Positions 38,885-49,638 of a stretch of DNA of 64,000 nt are shown one piece after another. This DNA comes from Dendrobates tinctorius. Lineage: Eukaryota. The stretch covers positions 14,012,001 to 14,076,000 of the forward strand of contig NW_027361674.1 in the NCBI RefSeq assembly GCF_039654945.1. Direction: 5' to 3'. The first letter of the stretch is position 1; each line of letters begins with the position of its first letter. Position numbers and translations under genes: made by a program. Below the pieces are notes generated by a model. The model had not been told where the DNA came from, searched no databases, and saw nothing but the letters and a program-made list of their open reading frames with translations.

Positions 38885-41800
38885 TGTCATGATCACGTGT
38901 GTCTGGACGCAGATGTTTCCGCATGGCGAACCCATGTGACACACGTGACCCTGGATACACCGCCTCCAGTGGGGCGAATTTAAATAATAAAACGTGCAGG
39001 TGGATACGCCGCCTCCACCTGGCGAATTTAGGTATTACTCGTTATACATACAATAATCAAATAATAAAGGGGGAACCTGGGAAACTTTAACAATGGTGGG
39101 CCCTGCAATAGGGAAAAGGGAATTGGAGACCTCCTGAGCTCCCCTGAGCCAGTGTCCCTGCACTCCTAACGTTCCCTATGCCGGTTTCGCACCGGGCGCC
39201 GCACGCGTACCTCAACGCCCTTGCTCACCCTGACCCTAAACCCTCACTAGGGAATGGGTCGGTGCGGAGACTAATCCCACCACTGCACTAATAACACACA
39301 TGAGGAAAGAGACAATACAGGGGAAACACCACTTAGCTTTGCTCTGTTGCATGCGCTCCTAGCAACAGAGCCCTCCACCTGAGTGCATCTTCTCCTCCAC
39401 CTGGATCCATCACCATAACAGGATCCTTCACCTTAGTGCAGCCTTGGAGCAGAATCCAACACCAGTTGCAGCTGCTTAGAACCAGAGTCCCAAGGATGAG
39501 TTCAGCTGCTGACACGAAGTCGAGCATGCTTGAATCCAGCTCAGCGGCCAAGTCCCACATGGTGAGTGCCACTCTCCATAGTCGCCACTCCACCAGCCCA
39601 TGCAGACACTTCCCGCTGACACCATCACTGCGACTCCACCACGCCATGCCAGCCCTTCGTCCAGACACCATAGCTGCAACACGTCCCCCCTGGCTAAGCT
39701 GCGCAGGACTCCTCACCAGCTCCATCCTTCATCCAGGCTCTCCCAAAACAGAGTGAACACAACTCACAATATCACAGGCAGTGATTGCACACCTCTAGCA
39801 CACCTTTATAGGGTGTCACCCCTAATACCTAATTAAGTGCACAAAAACCCAAAGTGCAATACCAAAACCACCACCGGGGACAGTCAAGACACCTTGGAAC
39901 TTTCCAAAGTAAAAAAAAGTTCACCCAGTGATTTAAAACTGTCAGATCACTTCAGATCATGACACTACCCCCTCCTTAATGAGGGGCCTCTGGACCCTCA
40001 AGACCACCCCTCATTAGGGAAACACCTACAGCGGGGATGCCCAGACCCTGAGTTCACCCCACCATTACCTGACACTTCAGGTTTATGACAAACGCACCGC
40101 TGGTATTGGCAATACATGTTCATTTTGGAGGCACCACTCATCTCCACAGCGCCGACCTGGGGAACGAGATTATGTATGTGTATGTATGCTAAGAGCTGAT
40201 CAGACTCCACAACACATTTCCAAGATGTTTTTTGGTGGGACCCATACATGCTCGTTCACACACAGGTCCGGACCTGAACGTTTATTCCACACATACATTT
40301 GTCATTTTTTTGGTGAACTCACTCTGGACTTGACAACAAAGGCGTCCCCCTGTGTCACCACACTCACACCCCCACTATTCACCAAGGGATCACCACCCTC
40401 CAACCCTCTTCACCATGAGGTCTGCGCCCCCCAGGGTTGGTTTAATGGCGAGGGTTGAGATTTGTCCCTACTCCCCCGCAGCACACCAGCTGCTCACACC
40501 AGGAGGAGAAGGAACGCATATGGAGGAAATATACACTCACTGGCCGCCTCCACACGGCCAGGAGGGGCGGCCTCCACGGTGGTATTTGAAGATTCGGCGC
40601 AAACCCCGTGGACTCTACATCAGTCTGCTCATCACTGGAACGCACCCCTTCACCTCGGGGAACACCAAGCAGCTCCGTGGGGCACCATTCCTCCCACCTG
40701 CCTGGGTACGCCCACGTGCACGAGCAAGTCCCGCTCCCCAGCAGCGACTCCAGGGGCTTTTGCCAGACCCGCAATTTGCCAAAGCCGCCATTTTTTTTTT
40801 CTCTGGTTATCCGAGCAGAGGCCCCAGACCGCGACAACCGCCGCTGCAGCGGCTCCAAACACCTTGCCGCTCCCCACTCACCCCAGTGAGGCCCGGCAGC
40901 AACAACTCAGCGGTCTCCACACGGCCAAAGCGCACCAGAAAAAAAAACTGTATGGCCTGTGATAATGTCATGGTCACGTGTGTCAGGACGCAGATGATGC
41001 CGCAAGGCGAACCCATAACACACGTGACCCTGGATACACCGCCTCCAGTGGGGCGCATTTAAATAATAAAAACGTGCAGGTGGATACGCCGCCTCCACCT
41101 GGCGAATTTAGGTATTACACGTTATACATACAATATCTGGAAACACCGCCTCCAGTAAGGCGCATTTAAATAATAAAGGGGGGAACCTGGGTAACTTTAA
41201 CAATGGTGGGCCCTGCAATAGGGAAAAGGGAATTGGAGACCTCCTGAGCTCCCCTGAGCCAGTGTCCCTGCACTCCTAACGTTCCCTATGCCGGTTTCGC
41301 ACCGGGCGCCGCACACGTACCTCAACGCCCTTGCTCACCCTGACCCTAAACCCTCACTAGGGAATGGGTCGGTGCGAAGACTAATCCCACCACTGCACTA
41401 ATAACACACATGAGGAAAGAGACAATACAGGGGAAACACCACTTAGCTTTGCTCTGTTGCGTGCGCTCCTAGCAACAGAGCCCTCCACCTGAGTGCATCT
41501 TCTCCTCCACCTGGATCCATCACCATAACAGGATCCTTCACCTTAGTGCAGCCTTGGAGCAGAGTCCAACACCAGTTGCAGCTGCTTAGAACCAGAGTCC
41601 CAAGGATGAGTTCAGCTGCTGACACGAAGTCGAGCATGCTTGAGTCCAGCTCAGCGGCCAAGTCCCACATGGTGAGTGCCACTCTCCATAGTCGCCACTC
41701 CACCAGCCCATGCAGACACTTCCCGCTGACACCATCACTGCGACTCCACCACGCCATGCCAGCCCTTCATCCAGACACCATAGCTGCAACACGTCCCCCC

Positions 41801-42067
41801 TGGCTAAGCTGCGCAGGACTCATCACCAGCTCCATCCAGGCTCTCCCAAAACAGAGTGAACACAACTCACAATATCACAGGCAGTGATTGCACACCTCTA
41901 GCACACCTTTATAGGGTGTCACCCCTAATACCTAATTAAGTGCACAAAAACCCAAAGTGCAATACCAAAACCACCACCGGGGACAGTCAAGACACCTTGG
42001 AACTTTCCAAAGTAAAAAAAAGTTCACCCAGTGATTTAAAACTGTCAGATCACTTCAGATCATGACA
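38885..42067 (-). mobile_element. Element E: non-autonomous LTR retroelement (1.1-kb LTRs, 1.0-kb non-coding interior) inserted in the RT of element D
   Basis: LTRs 38885-39964 and 40966-42067 (TGTCATG...CATGACA); minus-strand PPT AAGGAGGGGGTAG at 39965-39977; imperfect TSD GAGA/GAGG; splits KLNE|VSKFDAYPMP. Confidence 0.92.
40955..40964 (-). promoter_or_regulatory. Self-priming PBS of element E
   Basis: TATCACAGGC is complementary to the predicted transcript start GCCTGTGATA (41882-41873), 31 nt after TATAAA (41913-41908). Confidence 0.78.
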
Positions 42068-43140
42068 GAGGTCTCCAAGTTTGACGCATATCCCATGCCA
42101 CGCGTAGATGAGCTCATCGAGAGACTTGGACCTGCCAGGTACATAACCACCAAGGAGAAGACTGCATTTTCTACACCAGATGGGTGCTTCCAGTATGTCC
42201 GGATGCCGTTTGGCCTGCAGGGAGCTCCGGCGACCTTCCAGAGGGCTATGGATAGAATCCTTATGCCTCAAAAGCTATACGCTGCCACGTACCTGGATGA
42301 TATCGTCATCTTTACCCCGGACTGGGAGACTCACCTGGAAAAGGTCCAAGCAGTGTTTGATACTCTAAGGGAGGCGGGGTTTACGATAAACCCAAAAAAG
42401 TGTGCCTTGGGTAAAGGAGAAGCCAAGTACCTGAGATATGTAGTGGGGCGTGGCGAGATCAAACCCCAAATCAATAAAGTGGAGGCAATTCAAACATAGC
42501 CGATACCTCTGTCCAAAACGCAGGTTTGAGTCTTCATGGATTGTGGGATATTACAGTAGGTTCATCCCAAACTTCACCATGATGGCTGCGCCTCTAACTG
42601 ATCTGCTTAAGGGGACAAAATCTGTAATGGTCAAATGGTGCAAAGAGGCAGAGTCAGCCTTCCAAGAAATGAAAGGGGCTCTAGGTAAGCAACCCGTTCT
42701 GGTGGCCCCAGACTTTAAAAAAGAGTGTATCCTTCAGACAGATGCCTCAGATGTCGGGGTAGGTGCAGTCCTCACCCAGGAGATACATAGGGAGGAGCAT
42801 CCTGTCCTCTACCTGAGTAGGAAGCTATCTTCATGCGAAAAGAATTACTCAGTCGTAGAGAAGAAGTGTTTGGTCATAAAGTGGGCAGTGGATACGTTAC
42901 GGTACTATCTGGTGGGATGTAAGTTTAGATTAATATCCGACCATGCCTCACTCAGATGGATGAGGGAAACAAAGGGTAAGAATGCTAGGGTCACCCGCTG
43001 GTTCTTAGCCCTGCAAGACTTCAGCTTCCATGTAGAACATAGGGCCGGGAAGCTACATGGTAATGCCGATGTCCTCTCAAGAATCCCTTGTCTAGTAGGG
43101 GAAAGTGCCAAGCCCCATGGCTTTAGGCAGAGGGGGAGGT
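42068..43140 (+). pseudogene. Element D RT and RNase H
   Basis: FDAYPMPRVDELIE; MPFGLQGAPATFQR; YLDD; LQTDASDVGVGAVL; NYSVVEKKCL; HGNADVLSR. Confidence 0.9.
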
Positions 43141-43791
43141 ATGTGGCGTGGCTAAGGGTCGTATAGTCGATGGGAGGTATGTGTCTCAGAGATGGCTTGT
43201 CTCTGTAATGTAAGCCCAGAGTGTTTCTTTAGTACACATAAGCCCTAATGGATATTATTATATTTCTAATGTTTTGCAAGGACCTGTGGTGAGGTCACAA
43301 TCACATGACTAGTCAGCTGCTGGGTTCGTGGGTGTAGCTATACCTGTATGATGTAGACTACTCCTGAAACAGAGAGCTGTATGTGGGGAGGGATAAGCCT
43401 CCTGTGTGTGCTGGGGCTCCAGGACCGAGCCTGAAGTAATGGACATTTGTGCTTTCTTTTGCCTGAGCTAAAGGCTATTTCTTTTGTTTTGTGCTGCTTT
43501 ATGGGTTATGCCGCAATAAACCCTATGAACTTTAAAAGGAACGTACCTCCTGAGTGTCTCCCGTTGCACCTGAGTACAATCCCTACAGTCTATAGGCCAT
43601 ATGTGAGGAACGAATTAGTAATATATCACTGAGCCACAACCATGTTAAAATGTAACTTTTAATAAACACTCAATAAAACGTAAACATACAGAAAACAATC
43701 AAGGTTGCATAAAAGCAAGTGGTATAGTAAATACAACCACTAAGATACTGGAAAAATTATAAAATTAGTAGGATACTAATACTGTCTCTAA

Positions 43792-44377
43792 GGGCCCCGT
43801 CACACATAGCGACGCACCAGCGATCCCGACAATGATATTACCTTGTCAGGATCGCTGGTGTGTCGCTATATGATTGCTGGTGAGCTGCCAAACAGGCAGC
43901 TTCACCAGCGATCAGCACCATCGACACATGGGTAACAAGCGACGCACGGCGCTTAGTTACCCACTGTGTACCTTAGTTACCAGCGCGCTGGTGCAGGGAG
44001 CTGGTAACCAAGGTACACATCGGGTTTCTAAGCGGCGCGCGGCACTTAGAAACCCGATGTGTACCTTGGTTACCAGCTCCCTGCACCAGCGCGCTGGTAA
44101 CTGAGGTTAGAAACCAAATGTTTACCTTAGTTACCAGCGGCAGCTCGCTGATCGCTGGTCTCCCGCCTGTCATGCAGCGATGCGTGCTGGCCAGCGGGAG
44201 ACCAGCGATCAAAAAAATGTCCTGGCCATTCTAGGACGATGAGCGATACCCGGCAGGGGGGCCGGTCGCTGAGAAGTGTCACACACAGCGATCTCGCTGG
44301 TGAGATTGCTGTTGCGTCACAAAACTTGTGACTCAGCAGCGATCTCGCTAGCGAGATCGCTATGTGTGACGGGGGCT
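43792..44377. mobile_element. Harbinger-type MITE with an internal perfect hairpin
   Basis: CCCCGTCACACATAGCGA / TCGCTATGTGTGACGGGG TIRs; TAA TSD; hairpin at ~43975-44102. Confidence 0.88.
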
Positions 44378-45564
44378 TAAAGCTGCATTTAGACAGGGAG
44401 GTTTTTGCCCACATCGAGTGCAGATTGATGATTTAACAAGTTAATCAGCAATCCTTCACATGGGGATGTCTCAGACATATCTTTTACCAGTTTGAGCATG
44501 TTAAACTGGCCACATCATAGAATAATAGCTGCAGAGCTGAATAAAACATTTTTTTTTAATTTTCCATCTCTATTGGAGAGACATTAGCTTTTAAAGTTTA
44601 TACTCTATTTTTTAATAAGTCACACAAGGCATTCTTCTCTGGGGGCGTGTACTTCTTCCCTTTTATGACATTGGCCAATCATAGGTGTCATGCAGGGGAG
44701 AAAAGAACACACCCCAACAGTCAGAAGATCATGCTGTCTCCTGTAAGAAATGTAATGACAGACAGTCTTCCTCTCCTCTGTGATCTATGCAGCTACTTCT
44801 GAGTGTCATTACAAATACTTCCAGTAAATATCTCATGGCAGTCAGGGTAGAGGGGTAGTACAGTAACTTAAAAGGGCTCTCTAATAATGTAATAAAATGG
44901 CACAAATCACCTAATTTAAAAAGCAGCTGGTCCTAGTCACGTTTCCGGATGGGCTGCAGTCTGAAGAAACATTGCTTCCGAGACCTGTGTCTCAACTGAC
45001 TGACACGCTGGTAGGCACAGATGTACAATTAAAATGTGGGTAGAAGGGGTCAAATGACAACTGTCACCAAAGATATGGTATGAATCAAGTTACACTTGCT
45101 GGCTTTGTGTCTTAAATAAGTTTTTGCTCCCCCTTTCTGTACAATATTGCTCCTGTAGATATACAGGGTATGAGGATGACATTTCTGCTCATTGCCTTCA
45201 TAATAATTGGAGGTTTTCTAATTAAATTCACACAAGTAAAATCTGCAATTGTAATCTTATAAAAAACTTTACAGATAACAGAAGACAGAAAATGTCACTG
45301 GTTTGTAAATGGAGAGTATGGTGTCCTCCATATGACCTATGGGAAATTCCTGATTAAGGTGTGTAGTGGGGTGGTCATCAGTCACACGGAATACACAGGA
45401 AAAAAATTCACTCCATATTCTTTTCTGTGTAAATTTCATCTAATAAATTGCAATGCTATCACTTTAATAACTAATTCTATGTAATTTTTGGAGGCAGGTT
45501 ATTGTCTTCCATCTGGGAGCTCTCACGCCTCAATTGATATCTACAGGGAAGCTGCTATATATAC

Positions 45565-46020
45565 TGTGGTGTAGTAACCACTGAGTCCGCTAGGGGGCGC
45601 TGTGTGGATGTCCCAGGAGAAAGGATGAATGGCAGAATACTGAATGGCCGTTATGTATCTCAAAGTGGGTGGCTTTGGGATGGATACTTATGTGTTGATC
45701 AGCAGTGATACTGCTGAGGTGTTGTTTCAATGTGTAAGGGAGAAGTCTCCAGGTAACTAGAGAGATGGGCTGGCCTGGTTACCTACAAATCCACCCAGGG
45801 GGTGTGTTTAAATCACTATTATAAGGAGTGTGTAAAGGCTTGAAGGACTTGTGATGAGGTCAGAGTCATGTGACCCGGTGGGCGTGGGTATGGACCATAT
45901 AATGTGGCCAGGGTAGGTCACATGGGGGTGAATGCTGGGTCCTGGTTGGTCCAGTGTGGAAGGTCCTGCTGAGATGGGGCTTCCTGCCTGACAGCACGTG
46001 TGGACGCTGTGTTTAATGGC
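45565..46020 (+). mobile_element. Probable degenerate LTR fragment
   Basis: TGT start, CCGCTAGGGGGCGC and a TATA-like TATAA at ~45898 resemble an LTR U3; no 3' end or TSD found. Confidence 0.35.
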
Positions 46021-46177
46021 TGCAAGTGCCTGAGAGTTCCCTGGAGGGAATGAATGTCTGCAGTATGGAGAAGCAGCCATGAGAGAACCCTGACTGGGTG
46101 AGATATAACTGTGAGGCTGAAAAGCATGAAAAGCCTGTGTATTGGACATTGCTAACAGAGTGAAGCTCTGTCATGGA

Positions 46178-46381
46178 CACAGTGAAGTCATGACACAGGC
46201 ATAATGCCCACAGTGAAGTCACAACACCAATACAATGCCCACAGTGAAGTCATGACACAGGCATAATGCCCACAGTGAAGTCACAGCACTAGTACAATGC
46301 CCACAGTGAAGTAATGACACAGGGATAATGCCCACAGTGAAGTCACATCACTAGTACAATGCCCACAGTGAAGTCATGACA
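46178..46381. repeat. 31-bp minisatellite with alternating A/B units
   Basis: CACAGTGAAGTCATGACACAGGCATAATGCC alternates with CACAGTGAAGTCACA.CAC.A.TACAATGCC. Confidence 0.9.
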
Positions 46382-47029
46382 GTCACACAGTTATAGTCCC
46401 CACAGTGGAGGAACAGCTCAAGAATATTGCATATTACATTACAATAAACGACAATGCACAAGTACAATGTGTGAATAAGGCCCTCCCCTAGGTCTCCTTG
46501 GGATCTACATTACAATTTCATTGCTCCCTTTAACATCATGCAGACATATTCTTACCTTGTGTGGTGGGAGCCCTCTTAATGGACTCCATAACAGTTTGTA
46601 GCATAGGTGATCCCTCTTGAGGTTCCCTTATAACAGTAGATCATTGCAGATCAACGAAAATCAAACAGATCAACTCCCTTTTTTTCAGTCACATGTCGTG
46701 CTGCAGAAACTTATTGGTTGCTGTCGTTTTAGGAGTAAAAATAAATGCTTTAGACATGTTACACCCATGCGAGGCCCAGAGTATCGGTGGCACAGCTGTT
46801 GAACATTGCAGAATTATCAGAACAGATCACTGAGAACAATTTGCAAAGACTAAACAATTGTACAACCCTCTATCTGAAGTCCCTGACTGAGTCACGTAGG
46901 CCACGCTTAGGGCCAGGTTACTCCATGCAAACCTCAAGATAGCATTGGGTGAAAATGGAATTATATTAATTTTCCCAGCCACGTCTTATTCTTCCGAGCC
47001 CTTCCCTTACCACCAAGGCTTCACACTTA

Positions 47030-47411
47030 GGCTATGTGCCCACGCTAGCGTTTTTAAACGCTCAGGAATCACATCCCCTTTCCCAGAAAACGCGCTTCTT
47101 TTTCCGCGCGATTCTTGCGTGGTTTTTGCCAAAAAGTTGCGCGTTTTTGACGCGTTTTTTGACACGCGTTTTCTGGGAACATTGGGGGAATGCTAAGAAT
47201 GCTAAAAATGCTCAGCTATGCGGAAATTAATGAGCATGCTGTGTTTTTAGCCGCTAAGCGATTCCTGAGCGGTTAAAAACGCATGCATTGGCACAAAAAG
47301 CCAAAAAAGCATGCAAATTAATTTGAAGCATCTTTTAAGCATTTCTGCAGCATCTGAGCCGGCACAAACACTGCGGAAACACTTAAAAAAACGCAACGTG
47401 GGCACACAACC
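47030..47411. mobile_element. Harbinger-type MITE
   Basis: GGCTATGTGCCCACG / CGTGGGCACACAACC TIRs; TTA TSD. Confidence 0.8.
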
Positions 47412-47779
47412 TTAAAAGCACTGCTTCTCTGTACCTAGGTCCTGTCTTTTAGATCCTTATATTTCTTTCTTGATGCTTCTAGGGGCAAGCCTACAATATC
47501 CCATCTTTCAGAAGCTTATATTTGAACACTGTTGCGCCGGGACTGGGGCAGAAACAATCGTCAGACCCCTCACCTCAACGTCCAGCGGCATGATGAGGTC
47601 AACATGCTGCTACGTCATCACACTGCTGCCGGCACCGGGGCCGCACAGGCAGAGGAGACATCGGGCACTGGTAAGCGCTCCATAGAGGATATCAAGATGA
47701 AATATCATTTTATTTTGGATGAGGGACCAAGGGAGGGAAGGGTTGTGTTACTGCAAGATCACAATGTGATAATTTGGGA

Positions 47780-48040
47780 CATTATGTACTGACAGTAGTT
47801 TTGGTGCTGCATTCATGTAATGATGGTGATTGTGGCCCTGCATTCATGTACTGACAGTGCTTTTAGCACTGCATTCATGTACTGACGGTGTGTATGGTGT
47901 TGAATTAATATACTGACAGTATTTCGGGCACTGCATTCATGTATTGATGGTGGTTCTGAGACTGCATTCATGCAGTGATGTTGGTTCTGCATTCATGTGC
48001 TGACAGTTCTTCTGATCTTGTACACATGTAGTGATCCATA
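47780..48040. repeat. Degenerate ~31-bp minisatellite
   Basis: Recurring TGCATTCATGTACTGA. Confidence 0.75.
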
Positions 48041-49638
48041 ACGTGTTTCACGGCAATGTTAAAATCTTAAGATTTGAGATTCTGAGGAGTATTTGGCAAA
48101 TTTCTGCTCCAAAATATTCAGTATAAGTTAGCATATGTTCAAACTAATTTTTTTTCTTTTTTTTTTTTAGCAGAAACTGAGCAGAAACTCTCCAAATCCA
48201 GAGATGTATTAATGCACTGATGGTGGGTTTGGTGATATATTCATGTAACTACCGTTTTAAAATTTTTTTGCAGGCCTTGGGATTAGTTCAGTATGGGGCA
48301 TTGTGGTCCTTGGACTGAAAAAGGTTGTGTTCTCCTGTCTTAAGGTAACAAGTTCCCCTTGTCTTATTGAATATGAGTTTAACCTTGGAAAGGGTGTGCA
48401 AGGATGGTGTGTCCCTTTAAGCAGTATTAATATTGTAACTCTTGATGGACAGATTAGTTTCCTCACTCAGAGATGACAAAACTAATGCAGCATAAAACCA
48501 GCAATGTTTAAAAAAGTTTTTACATACTGAAAGGCAATGAGCTTGATGGTTACAAAGGCTCTACAAATGGCACCAACTTGTACTTGTAACAGTCTTCTAG
48601 CAATCACTTCAGCAGCACTTCCTTCACTCTGGAACAAAAACTCCCATGTCTCTCGCAATGCAGTCAGCTCACAGTCTCGGTGCTCATTTTGTGCAGCCTA
48701 CTCTGTTACTGCATTACAGCACTTCACACACAGGCAGTAATGTCACTCCTCCTTGTCTCCTCCCAGACTGACATTATCACCACAGCAGACTCCTCCAAAG
48801 CAATCAGCACTCAGGCCGACAGCCAGTACATTTAGGACCTGATTCATTATTGTTTTTAAGCCTATTTTTTCTAGTTTTGTGTGTTTTCTGGGCGTTTTTA
48901 GTTTGCCCCTTACTCATCTATTAATTTGCGCCTTTTTTTAAAGTCACTTTATGAGGGGCTTTATTTTTAGTAGACGAGATTTAGGCTTTTCAAATGCTTG
49001 CCCCAATTAATAATTTGCAACCTGTCAAAAAATCTCAACATTTTTGTGCGAATATTCTCAAGTCTCCCCCCTGGAATAATTTTACATATGTCGTTATTTT
49101 TCTTGCACAATTTTAAGCTAAAAAGTCACCAAAAAAAGAAAGACAAAATGACCATTTTTTTTTTACATGGGGTAAAAGTCATTAACCACGTGCACCATTT
49201 TGAAATATATGGTGCAGAAAACAGCAATGAATACGAGTAGTGATGAGCAAGCGTGCTGGGATAAGGTGTTATCTAAGCATGCTCTGGTGCTAACCGAGTG
49301 TGTTCGGCGTGCTCGAATAGAACTAGTCCCCGTGGCTGCATATCTTGTGGCTGTTAGGCAATACCTGCATGTGTTGCGGCTGCCTGACAAACAGAACACT
49401 TGGGTAACATGCAAGACCTAAAAAAATGCAAATGAAGAAACAGGGTCATAGTCTATCCTGTTTTTGGAGAAGCCCGCGCAGAACACTGCAAACAACCCTT
49501 CTCTATGACCAGTCTCCCCAATACCCCAGTATCCGTATCGGAATGGGGTTAATTCTGTAGAATGTTCACGAATTTCCAGAAATCCCATTTCGAAGAATAG
49601 GAGAGTTGTAAAGGCATCGGCTACAAAACTGCCATATG

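Larger units (their letters stand above)
35201..43587 (+). mobile_element. Element D: Gmr1-like Gypsy LTR retrotransposon (SCAN-gag; PRO-INT-RT-RH)
   Basis: LTRs 35201-35767 and 43142-43587 (TGT...ACA); 4-bp TSD GTCT; degenerate TGG-type PBS at 35770; PPT AGAGGGGGAGG at ~43129-43139. Confidence 0.95.

Noticed and set aside
39333-41887. Duplicated ORFs in the element E LTRs and the 236-aa ORF 40352..41062
   Set aside because: The duplication reflects the LTRs; there are no recognisable motifs, and the longest ORF is antisense to the element and GC-driven
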